In this document: one piece after another, positions 31,479 through 39,404 of the stretch | How the letters are laid out: each line of letters starts with the position of its first letter | Position numbering within the stretch: the stretch's first letter is position 1 | Source of the DNA: an uncultured Burkholderiaceae bacterium | GTDB lineage: Bacteria > Pseudomonadota > Gammaproteobacteria > Burkholderiales > Burkholderiaceae_C | Assembly: GCA_964485285.1 (NCBI GenBank) | Contig: CAZAIW010000001.1 | Location: 306 to 45,097, forward strand | DNA length: 44,792 nt | Reading direction: 5' to 3' | Notes under the pieces: generated by a model | Told to the model about the DNA's origin: nothing | Seen by the model: the letters and a program-made list of their open reading frames with translations, nothing else | Databases searched by the model: none | Program-made: the position numbers and the translations under genes

Positions 31479-32042
31479 ATGAACAAACAAAAAATGGGGC
31501 TTACCGCCTCACTCGGACTATTGATCGCCACGCAAGCGGCACTGGCGCACGTCACACTGGAAGCCCCCAAAGCCACAGCGGGCGAGGGCTACAAAGCCGT
31601 GCTGCGTGTGGGTCACGCCTGCGCAGCAGGCGGTGCCACAACGGCGCTGACGGTGCTCATCCCCGAAGGCGTGACCAACGCCAAGCCCATGCCCAAAGCG
31701 GGCTGGGCAGTGGTGGTCAAAAAAATAGCGCTCACCCAGCCCTTGCTCGTGTATGGTCACACGCTCACCGAAACAGCGCAAGAGATCACTTGGACGGCCA
31801 GCAGCCAAGAGGCTGCCATCCGTGACGATCAATACGACGAGTTTGTGGTGCGCGGCACACTGCCCGCCAAAGCCGGCGTGCTATGGTGGAGAAGCATTCA
31901 GACCTGCGACAACGGCACATCCGAATGGACAGAGATTCCCACCCAAGGCACCTCGATCAAAGGTCTAAAAAAACCTGCGGCACCGCTAGAGATCATGTAT
32001 CCAGCCGCTACCCAAGGCACCGCGCACACGCATCAACATTAA
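31479..32042 (+). CDS. YcnI-family (DUF1775) periplasmic copper-binding protein
   Basis: The signal peptide ends in ALA, followed by HVTLEAPKA. The mature N-terminal His is the YcnI copper ligand. GYKAVLRVGH... is typical of DUF1775. Confidence 0.7.
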   Translation: MNKQKMGLTASLGLLIATQAALAHVTLEAPKATAGEGYKAVLRVGHACAAGGATTALTVLIPEGVTNAKPMPKAGWAVVVKKIALTQPLLVYGHTLTETAQEITWTASSQEAAIRDDQYDEFVVRGTLPAKAGVLWWRSIQTCDNGTSEWTEIPTQGTSIKGLKKPAAPLEIMYPAATQGTAHTHQH

Positions 32043-32070
32043 AATTTATCAACGACCCAAGGAAATCATC

Positions 32071-32625
32071 ATGTTTAAAAAAGTTATGTCTCACCTGCTC
32101 TACCGCCTCGTCGCAGCCACTGCCACGATCGCAGCCCTTGCCAGCTACGCAGCTGCGCAAGACACCGCCCATGTTGATGTAGCGGACGCATGGGTACGCG
32201 CCACGGTTGCCGGTCAACAAGGCACGGGCGGCTTTATGAAGCTGACTGCGCACGAGAACCTGCGGCTCTTGCGCGTGAGCTCGCCCGCTGCCGACGTAGC
32301 CGAAATCCACGAGATGAAAATGGGCGCCAACAACGTGATGGAGATGCGTCCCATCAGTGGGCTGGACTTGCCCAAAGGTAAGACGGTTGAACTCAAACCC
32401 GGCGGCTATCACCTGATGCTGATGAGTCTGAAGCAGCCCTTAGCGGCGGGTCGCACCGTGCCTGTGACGTTGTTGTTTACCAACAGCAAGGGCGTTGAGT
32501 CCAAGCTGGTCATCAACGCCCCCATCGCACAAACTGCCGCACCCACCAAGGCGCAAACCGGGGGGCAGGGCACAGCCAAACCTGAGCGTGAACATGAGCA
32601 CGGGCATGATGGGCATAAGCACTAA
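32071..32625 (+). CDS. copper chaperone PCu(A)C (DUF461)
   Basis: Has a signal peptide. The complete H(M)X10MX21HXM motif is present: IHE-MKMGANNVME-M-RPISGLDLPKGKTVELKPGGY-HLM. The tail EREHEHGHDGHKH is His-rich. Confidence 0.85.
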   Translation: MFKKVMSHLLYRLVAATATIAALASYAAAQDTAHVDVADAWVRATVAGQQGTGGFMKLTAHENLRLLRVSSPAADVAEIHEMKMGANNVMEMRPISGLDLPKGKTVELKPGGYHLMLMSLKQPLAAGRTVPVTLLFTNSKGVESKLVINAPIAQTAAPTKAQTGGQGTAKPEREHEHGHDGHKH

Positions 32626-32714
32626 GCACGCTGTGCCGCATCCGCTCGCCCTGAGCTGGCCCAAGGGTCAGTGCCGACCTTGCTGGGGCTTTGCGAGGTT
32701 AAGGGGTTGACCAC

Positions 32715-33056
32715 TTGCTAGCCAAGCGCCAACAAGACGACAGCCTATGGACGGTTGCTTTGCGCTGCTCCTTTTTTAAGGGCGAGATTAAATCCGTCAA
32801 GGTTTTGCGTAGCTCAGGGAATCAAAAAATTGATGCGCAAGCCGTCGCCGAAATGAGGGGGCGGCACGTGCCGGAGGTGTCTTTTGGCACGAGTCGCCAC
32901 GAGTATTGGCGCACCATCACGTGGACACTGCCCAAAGGCGCACCTTATGCCGAACCGCAGTTGCCGCCTAAATTGACCGAGCCCACGGTTTTGGTGGGTC
33001 TGCCGTTTGAGGTGGTCACGGGCATGAGTGCCCCCACGCACTTTCGCATCAGTTAA
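32715..33056 (+). CDS. TonB C-terminal-domain-like ORF lacking TM anchor and Pro-rich spacer (possible remnant)
   Basis: WTVALRCSFFKGEIKSVKVLRSSGNQKIDAQAVAEMRG resembles the TonB_C core (V.V.F.V...G.V..V.V..SSG...LD.AA..AV). The TTG start is preceded by AAGGGG 8 nt upstream. An in-frame stop at 32700 excludes a longer N-terminus. Confidence 0.4.
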   Translation: MLAKRQQDDSLWTVALRCSFFKGEIKSVKVLRSSGNQKIDAQAVAEMRGRHVPEVSFGTSRHEYWRTITWTLPKGAPYAEPQLPPKLTEPTVLVGLPFEVVTGMSAPTHFRIS

Positions 33057-33066
33057 TGCGCTTGCG

Positions 33067-33903
33067 CTAAAACTCCAAGTTATCAATCAAGCGCGTGGTG
33101 CCCAGCCGAGCGGCTCCTAAAGCCACCCAAGGCTCTCTTTTTGTAACATCGATGGGCTGCAGGCCTTGCTGAGTAAGGACTTTGAGGTAGTCTGGCTTCC
33201 AGCCCTTATGGAACAAGGCTTGCAGGGCATCGGCCTGTATTTTTTCGATGTCCGCGCCGGGTTTGCATGCCGCATCGGCCATGCTGCGCAGGGTCTGCGC
33301 AAGCAGCGTTGCCTGCGCCCGCTCGGTCGCGCTTAAGTAGCGGTTACGCGAGCTCAGCGCCAGTCCATCATCGGCACGCATGGTCTCGCCCGCCAAGAGG
33401 GTGATGGGCAGCGCAAACTGACGCACCATGGCGCGGATCACCGCGAGCTGCTGGTAGTCTTTCTTGCCAAACACGGCGATGTTCGGTTGCACGATTTGAA
33501 ACAGCTTCATCACCACCGTACACACGCCAGTAAAGAAACCGGGGCGGAATTCGCCCTCTAGCCTGTCGGCCATGCTGGCATCGGGCTGCACCTTGAAGGT
33601 TTGCGGCTCGGGGTACAGCTCGCTCTCGGTGGGTGCGAACACCACGTCGCAGTCCGCGCCCTGCAAGGCTTGCACGTCGTCGTTCCAAGTGCGGGGGTAG
33701 GAGTCAAAGTCTTCGTGCGGCAAAAATTGCAGACGGTTAACGAAGATGCTGGCGATGACGACATCGGCGTTTGCCCTGGCCTGTTGGATCAACGCCAAAT
33801 GCCCGGCATGCAAATTCCCCATGGTGGGCACCAGCGCTCGTTTGTGTGGCTGGCGCTCGCCCAAGTAGGCGCGTAACTCAGCCGTTGTGTGAAAAATTAC
33901 CAT
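33067..33903 (-). CDS. panC: pantoate--beta-alanine ligase
   Basis: Carries [15 protein letters not shown] and FGKKDYQQL. Overlaps the panB stop. Confidence 0.95.
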   Translation of the reverse strand: MVIFHTTAELRAYLGERQPHKRALVPTMGNLHAGHLALIQQARANADVVIASIFVNRLQFLPHEDFDSYPRTWNDDVQALQGADCDVVFAPTESELYPEPQTFKVQPDASMADRLEGEFRPGFFTGVCTVVMKLFQIVQPNIAVFGKKDYQQLAVIRAMVRQFALPITLLAGETMRADDGLALSSRNRYLSATERAQATLLAQTLRSMADAACKPGADIEKIQADALQALFHKGWKPDYLKVLTQQGLQPIDVTKREPWVALGAARLGTTRLIDNLEF

Positions 33904-34829
33904 GCGTGCAATCTGTTATCGGGAAATGTGCCGTCCTTCACCGCGCCCACATAGGCGGCAAAGGCACCTTGAATGCTGTGCGCCGCATTGCGCTCGTCAG
34001 CCATAAAGTTGTGGACAAAGCGCGGCATCTTGCCCAAGTTCATGCCCAGCATATCGTGCAGCACGAGCACCTGCCCGTCGCAGTCCACGCCCGCGCCAAT
34101 GCCAATGGTCATGCAGCTTGAGAGTAGCTGCGTCAGTTTTGCCGCCAACTGAGCCGGTACCATCTCCAGCACCAGCATCTGTGCGCCCGCCGCCTCGAGG
34201 GCGAGTGCGTCGGCGATGAGCTTGTCGGCTGCCGCGTCGCCACGCCCTTGCACGCGGTAGCCCCCTAGGGCATGCACTGTTTGCGGTGTCAAGCCCAAAT
34301 GGGCGCACACCGGAATGCCGCGCTCGACTAAAAAGCGCACGGTCTCGGTCGTCCAGCCACCGCCCTCTAACTTCACCATGTGAGCGCCCGCCTGCATGAG
34401 CTGGCTGGCGCTGTCAAAGGCTTGTGCCGGACTTTGGTGGTAAGCGCCAAACGGTAAATCCCCAATCAGCCACGCGGTGCCTTGGCCGCTGGCCGTCATG
34501 CGGTGCAAGCCGCGCGACACGCTGGCCACGTGATAGCACATATCCGCCAGCGTCACGCCCAGCGTGCTGGGCAGCCCTTGGCACACCATCCCCAGCGAGT
34601 CGCCAACCAAGATGCACTCCACGCCCGCGCTGTCGGCCACGGCGGCAAACGTTGCGTCGTAGGCGGTAAGCATGGTGATCTTCTCGCCGCTGGCATGCAG
34701 CTCACGCAGACGCGGCAAACTCATGGGCTTGCGCGGTGCAGCTGGCGTGAGTTTGCCCGCGCCGTAAACGCCGGTGACCGTGTCGGAGGCCGCGCTGCTG
34801 GGCTTGGCGCTGTTGGTAGGATTGGTCAT
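33897..34829 (-). CDS. panB: 3-methyl-2-oxobutanoate hydroxymethyltransferase
   Basis: Carries [29 protein letters not shown] and GHLGLTPQ. The ATG forms an ATGA overlap with the glcF stop. The N-terminus is about 35 aa longer than in E. coli; M36 is an alternative start. Confidence 0.9.
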   Translation of the reverse strand: MTNPTNSAKPSSAASDTVTGVYGAGKLTPAAPRKPMSLPRLRELHASGEKITMLTAYDATFAAVADSAGVECILVGDSLGMVCQGLPSTLGVTLADMCYHVASVSRGLHRMTASGQGTAWLIGDLPFGAYHQSPAQAFDSASQLMQAGAHMVKLEGGGWTTETVRFLVERGIPVCAHLGLTPQTVHALGGYRVQGRGDAAADKLIADALALEAAGAQMLVLEMVPAQLAAKLTQLLSSCMTIGIGAGVDCDGQVLVLHDMLGMNLGKMPRFVHNFMADERNAAHSIQGAFAAYVGAVKDGTFPDNRLHAW

Positions 34830-36082
34830 GTTGTGACTCCTTGTGTTGAGCGGGTAAGTGCGTCATCCAAAATTTCGATCCAATGCCGCACGGGAATGCT
34901 TGAGCCGCTTTGTAAATGCGTGATGCAGCCGACATTGCCGCTGGCAATCACGTTCGCTTGCAGCGGCGCTAGCGCGTCCAGTTTTTGATCGCGCAATTGA
35001 TACGCCAGCTGGGGTTGCAGCACCGAGTACGTGCCCGCCGAACCGCAGCACAGGTGCGACTGCAAGGGCGCGACTTGCACATCAAAACCCAGCGCACGCA
35101 AGTGTTTCTCTACGCCGCCTTTGAGCTGCTGACCGTGCTGAAGTGTGCAAGGTGGATGGTAGGCCATACGCGGCAAATCCTGATCCAGCAAGGGCGCTAG
35201 CTTGTCGGCGAGCACGGGCAGCAAAGCCGGGAGCAGCTCGCTCACGTCAACCGCCAGCTCGCTCACGCGCTGGGCTTTGGCTGCGTAAGCGGGGTCTCCG
35301 CGCAGCACATGGCCGTAGTCCTTCACCATCACACCGCAGCCCGAAGCGTTCATCACAACAGCCTCGGCTCCTGATTCAATCGCGCTCCACCACGCATCCA
35401 TGTTGGCTCGCATCTGCGCCTTGGCTGCCTCATGGTCATTCAAATGGAAGTTGATCGCGCCGCAGCACACCGAGCCGGGCAGCACCAGCGTTTGAATGCC
35501 CGCCGCGTCCAGCACTCTGGCGGTTGCCACATTGATATTGGGCAACATGGCAGGCTGCACACAGCCCGCCAGCATGATGATCTTGCGCGCATGCACCCTG
35601 CTTGGCAAGGCACGTGGGTACTGCTTGGCAGGCACCTTGGCCTGCAAGCTAGCAGGCAAAAAGGCTCGCACAGCTTGCCCCATCTTCATGGCAGGCGCAA
35701 ACAGCGGGGAATTCAAACCGCGTTTTAAAGCCCCGCGCATCCATCGCTCGGACAGTGGCCGAGTCACTTTTTCATCCACGATTTTTCGGCCAATGTCCAC
35801 CAAGTGTCCGTACTGCACGCCGCTTGGGCAGGTCGATTCGCAGTTGCGACACGTCAAGCAGCGATCTAAATGTGCCTGCGTTTTGCGCGTGGGAGTCTCG
35901 CCCTCTAACACCTGCTTGATCAGGTAAATACGGCCTCGCGGGCCATCTAACTCATCGCCCAGTAACTGATACGTTGGACACGTTGCGGTGCAAAAACCGC
36001 AGTGCACACACTTGCGCAGAATCGCCTCTGCCTCTCGTCCATCTAGGGTGTTTTGAAATTCGGGGGCGAGATGGGTTTGCAT
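34826..36082 (-). CDS. glcF: glycolate oxidase iron-sulfur subunit
   Basis: Near-colinear with E. coli GlcF from memory: [81 protein letters not shown]. Confidence 0.95.
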   Translation of the reverse strand: MQTHLAPEFQNTLDGREAEAILRKCVHCGFCTATCPTYQLLGDELDGPRGRIYLIKQVLEGETPTRKTQAHLDRCLTCRNCESTCPSGVQYGHLVDIGRKIVDEKVTRPLSERWMRGALKRGLNSPLFAPAMKMGQAVRAFLPASLQAKVPAKQYPRALPSRVHARKIIMLAGCVQPAMLPNINVATARVLDAAGIQTLVLPGSVCCGAINFHLNDHEAAKAQMRANMDAWWSAIESGAEAVVMNASGCGVMVKDYGHVLRGDPAYAAKAQRVSELAVDVSELLPALLPVLADKLAPLLDQDLPRMAYHPPCTLQHGQQLKGGVEKHLRALGFDVQVAPLQSHLCCGSAGTYSVLQPQLAYQLRDQKLDALAPLQANVIASGNVGCITHLQSGSSIPVRHWIEILDDALTRSTQGVTT

Positions 36083-36107
36083 GGCGCAGCCAATGGGACA
36101 GCGTCAA

Positions 36108-36488
36108 TCAAACCACTTGCAGCGGCACGTGATCGCGCGCAGTGGTTTGCCGATTGCATTCATCCACAAACACCAAGCGCGGCTTATGCGTTGCCATCTC
36201 AGCCTCGCTCATGCCGGCAAAACTGGCGATGATGACCAAATCGCCCACGCTGGCACGCCTAGCCGCCGAGCCGTTAATCGAGATCATCCCCGAGCCGCGC
36301 TCGCCGCGAATCGCATACGTCACGAAGCGCTCGCCGTTGTTGATGTTCCAGATGTGGACTTGCTCGTTCTCGGCAATATCAGCTGCGTCCAGCAAATCTT
36401 CGTCAATGGCGCAAGAGCCTTCGTAGTGCAACTCGCACTGCGTGACGCTGGCGCGGTGAATTTTGGATTTAAGTAGCGTGCGAATCAT
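36108..36488 (-). CDS. panD: aspartate 1-decarboxylase
   Basis: [33 protein letters not shown] contains the G-S self-cleavage site. 126 aa. Confidence 0.95.
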   Translation of the reverse strand: MIRTLLKSKIHRASVTQCELHYEGSCAIDEDLLDAADIAENEQVHIWNINNGERFVTYAIRGERGSGMISINGSAARRASVGDLVIIASFAGMSEAEMATHKPRLVFVDECNRQTTARDHVPLQVV

Positions 36489-37351
36489 GGGCGTGATTTT
36501 AGGGGCTTGAACTGCTGCTTGGACGCTAGTAACCGTACAGCCGCATTCAGTTCTTTTTCAATCACCTCGGCACGCGGCAGCACAGTTTGATATTCAGCCG
36601 CCAGCACTTGATTCGTCAGCCCTTCTAGGGCGTAATGGGCTTGCGCCGCACCCTTTTGGCTGCACAAAATAAGACCGACCGGTGGGTTCTCTCCGTCCCG
36701 CACCCAGTGGGCTTTGGCGTAGTTGAGATATGGGTCTTTCACCACCTCTTCCACGCTCATCACGTCCTCGGGCTTCGCCTTCATGCCCTTGGTCAACATC
36801 GCCGCTTTGTTGCGCGACAACGCGGTGCGCTCAAAAAATTGCGTGTTGATTTGCCTATCCAACTGCCGAACACTCCAGCCGCCGCGCAAAGCCTCCGCTT
36901 CGTAGAAAGCGCGGGCTTGCTCGTTTTTGACAGACAGCATGGCGACGTAGGCTGACCATGGGAGGGGGAAGCGTTTGGCGATGTCGGAGAGGCTAGGGAG
37001 CTGTCTCAATTCTCCAGACACTGTCTGGAGAATTGGCCAAGTGGCATAAAACTGGCGCATTTGCCATATGTTTTGCTGACTAAATCCTCGCCCAAATTGC
37101 AGCGTTAAATCTTCTGAAAGACGAGAGATTAGTTGCTTGCCGTATTCCGCCCGTGCATTCCCACCCTGCTCCGCCTCCACAATCCGCCGCCCAATTTCCC
37201 AATAACTAGCCGTCATCAAAGCATTCACGCTTCGCGCCGCCGCCACGCGGGCGGATTGCAGCAAGTCAACAATCCCGCCGTGCACGGCCTCGTAGGGTTG
37301 CACGGACTTGGCGACTTTTGTGGTTTTAGCTATGGGTGTTTTGGTTGCCAT
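36485..37351 (-). CDS. DUF1016 (YhcG-like) protein with the PD-(D/E)XK nuclease core deleted in frame
   Basis: The N-terminal DUF1016 region is intact ([15 protein letters not shown]...[43 protein letters not shown]). After VKDPYL the sequence jumps directly to ...[12 protein letters not shown]. This skips the roughly 85-100 residues that in family members (as I recall them) carry ELG.GFAFVGRQ...D...(E/I)LK. Confidence 0.65.
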   Translation of the reverse strand: MATKTPIAKTTKVAKSVQPYEAVHGGIVDLLQSARVAAARSVNALMTASYWEIGRRIVEAEQGGNARAEYGKQLISRLSEDLTLQFGRGFSQQNIWQMRQFYATWPILQTVSGELRQLPSLSDIAKRFPLPWSAYVAMLSVKNEQARAFYEAEALRGGWSVRQLDRQINTQFFERTALSRNKAAMLTKGMKAKPEDVMSVEEVVKDPYLNYAKAHWVRDGENPPVGLILCSQKGAAQAHYALEGLTNQVLAAEYQTVLPRAEVIEKELNAAVRLLASKQQFKPLKSRP

Positions 37352-37353
37352 GG

Positions 37354-37869
37354 TTACACCACTTTTGTAAATCGTTGCTCTATCACGCTGACCCCACCCA
37401 ACTCAATACTCTTGTTTGCGGCTAGATCACAGACGAATCCGGCATTCTCATAAAACCGAATTGCACGCACATTGTCCGCCAAAACCCAAAGCGTGACATA
37501 TGCAAAATGACGAGCACTTATGCCTTGCATTGCTGCTTGGATCAGCCTTCTTCCAGCACCTGTAGACCATTCCGTTGGGGCCATATAGATGGCTTGAATT
37601 TCAGCTGTGTTTGGCAACGCATCGGCATCGCGTGAAGGAGCAACTGACACAAAGCCAAAGACCTTATCGTCGCGCGTTGCAACCCAAACGTCAGCAGACT
37701 TTTGCTCGATAATTTGCATCCACATGGCAGCACGGTCGCTCACCGATAGTGCCTTCAGTAGCTTTGCTGGCAGTATGCCTTTGTACGCACTTTGCCATGA
37801 AGCTACATGGACTTGGGCTATACCTTGCACATGAGCGATGGCAGCAGTCTCAATCTTCAAGTGTTTCAA
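37354..37869 (-). CDS. GNAT family N-acetyltransferase
   Basis: IYMAPTEWSTGAGRRLIQAA (the acetyl-CoA Q/RxxGxG/A region) and LWVLADNVRAIRFYENAGF are typical GNAT motifs. The TTG start overlaps the aldolase stop (TTGA). Confidence 0.75.
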   Translation of the reverse strand: MKHLKIETAAIAHVQGIAQVHVASWQSAYKGILPAKLLKALSVSDRAAMWMQIIEQKSADVWVATRDDKVFGFVSVAPSRDADALPNTAEIQAIYMAPTEWSTGAGRRLIQAAMQGISARHFAYVTLWVLADNVRAIRFYENAGFVCDLAANKSIELGGVSVIEQRFTKVV

Positions 37870-38669
37870 TCCAAAAAGTCTGGATTCTCTTTCAACGCCC
37901 GCGCATAGAGCAACTGAAACTGGAACCAGCCCGAGTACTCCGTCCCCACAACGCTGAACGCTTGCTCACGGGCAGCGGGTGGAACTTCGCGCAGAGGCTG
38001 CCCTTGGGCTGCTGCCAGCGCCAGCATCTCGACTTGGCAGTTGCGCTCCATGCTGACGTAGAACCACGCCGCCGACTCGACCGAGCCGCCCACGGTAAGC
38101 AGTCCGTGGTTGCGCAGAACAGCAGCTTTGTTTTTGCCTAGCGCCTTGGCAATGCGCGTGCCTTCGTCAAGGTCTAGCACCACGCCGCCGTAGTCGTCGT
38201 AGAGCACGTGATCGTTGTGGAAGGCGCAAGCATCTTGGCTGATCATGGACAGGGGTCTGCCCAGCATGGAAAAAGCGCGTCCGTGGATGCCGTGCGTGTG
38301 CGCGGCGGCCATCACGTCTGGGCGCGCTTCGTGGATGCGGGAGTGAATGGCAAATGCGGCACGGTTGAGCGGATGCGAGCCCTCGACCACTTCGCCATGA
38401 TGGTTGACGCGAATCAAGTTGCTCACCTTGATTTGCGAGAAGTGAACGCCAAACGGATTGACCCAAAACGTGGTTGGGAATTCGGGGTCACGCGCGGTGA
38501 TGTGCCCTGCCGCGCCTTCGTCTAGGCCAAAGCGCGAGAAGATACGAAACGCCGCCGCAAGCCTTTGTTTGCGGTGCAAGCGCTCGTCGGCTAGGCTGGC
38601 GAAGGTGGGAGGCATGGGCATCCCCATTCCGCCCGCAGTTTGCAAGATAGAAGTATGAGCTTGAGTCAT
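37866..38669 (-). CDS. class II aldolase/adducin-family protein
   Basis: GHITARDP..., AAHTHG (metal-binding His) and LLRNHGLLTVG are characteristic of the class II aldolase/adducin N-terminal domain. AAAGGAGA is the RBS. Confidence 0.8.
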   Translation of the reverse strand: MTQAHTSILQTAGGMGMPMPPTFASLADERLHRKQRLAAAFRIFSRFGLDEGAAGHITARDPEFPTTFWVNPFGVHFSQIKVSNLIRVNHHGEVVEGSHPLNRAAFAIHSRIHEARPDVMAAAHTHGIHGRAFSMLGRPLSMISQDACAFHNDHVLYDDYGGVVLDLDEGTRIAKALGKNKAAVLRNHGLLTVGGSVESAAWFYVSMERNCQVEMLALAAAQGQPLREVPPAAREQAFSVVGTEYSGWFQFQLLYARALKENPDFLD

Positions 38670-38687
38670 GATGAGAGTCTCCTTTAT
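38665..38687. repeat. left copy of a direct repeat flanking the PIN TA cassette (gtcatgatgagAGtcTcctttat)
   Basis: Covers the aldolase RBS, ATG and first codon on the minus strand. Identical to 39341-39360 apart from a 2-nt and a 1-nt indel. Confidence 0.85.
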
Positions 38688-38696
38688 AAAATTAAA

Positions 38697-39119
38697 TTAC
38701 ACATCGATATTGAGCCACTGTGCGGTTTCATCTGCCGTTTTAATCCATGTTCCATGGAAACTTTTAAGCGCAAGTAAGTCCTGATCCCCTGTGACTAAAA
38801 CATCAGCCCGGCAAAGACCAGCGCAGCTCAAAATCCAATCATCATCTGGATCACGACAAATTTGCTTAGGCAGTGCCAGCGTATCCACCGTTATCACTTG
38901 TGCGCGATAAGCCAATACCAACTCGGTTGGGCTACGATTGATTCGCCGCAACTGTGCTGCAAACTTTGGTCGGCTAAAGACCCGTGTGAGCTCTGCGTAA
39001 ATAAATTCGTTGGCGAATCCCCTCACCAGATCGTTGTTCATAGCCATCAGTAGAAGGCGTGGTTTACCGCCCCACAGCATCCCAGAGACAATGACGTTGG
39101 TGTCAAGCACCACGCGCAC
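38697..39119 (-). CDS. PIN-domain toxin (PIN_3 / TIGR00305-like)
   Basis: (M)RVVLDTNVIVSGML...DPDDDWILSCA...ADVLVTGDQDLL carries the PIN acidic residues. GTG start. AT-richer than its neighbours. Confidence 0.8.
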   Translation of the reverse strand: MRVVLDTNVIVSGMLWGGKPRLLLMAMNNDLVRGFANEFIYAELTRVFSRPKFAAQLRRINRSPTELVLAYRAQVITVDTLALPKQICRDPDDDWILSCAGLCRADVLVTGDQDLLALKSFHGTWIKTADETAQWLNIDV

Positions 39120-39345
39120 GACGCTCCGTCCTATCTGCTTTGATTTCGGCAGCGATCACAGCAGGCGTTACATCACTATCTTTTGCAGCCTGCAACTCAT
39201 CTAACAAGTCTAAGAATGACTGTTTTTTTTCGCGCCGATCCAATGCTTCTTTCAAAAAATCAGTGACAGTGCTGCTTTGCCAAAGTCCAGCAGCAATGGC
39301 CTGCGAAGCTATCTGATCAGGAACGGAAATGTGCAATGTGGTCAT
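39103..39345 (-). CDS. putative cognate antitoxin (80 aa, family not recognised)
   Basis: A small ORF immediately upstream of the PIN gene, overlapping it by 17 nt, with a charged C-terminus. The assignment rests on position only. Confidence 0.5.
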   Translation of the reverse strand: MTTLHISVPDQIASQAIAAGLWQSSTVTDFLKEALDRREKKQSFLDLLDELQAAKDSDVTPAVIAAEIKADRTERRARGA

Positions 39346-39360
39346 GATGAGTCCCTTTAT
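39341..39360. repeat. right copy of the direct repeat flanking the PIN TA cassette (gtcatgatgagtccctttat)
   Basis: Covers the antitoxin RBS, ATG and first codon on the minus strand. See 38665-38687. Confidence 0.85.
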
Positions 39361-39404
39361 GCAAAGATGTAACTTTAACTTGTCACCGCCGTGGTAGCAC
39401 CGCC

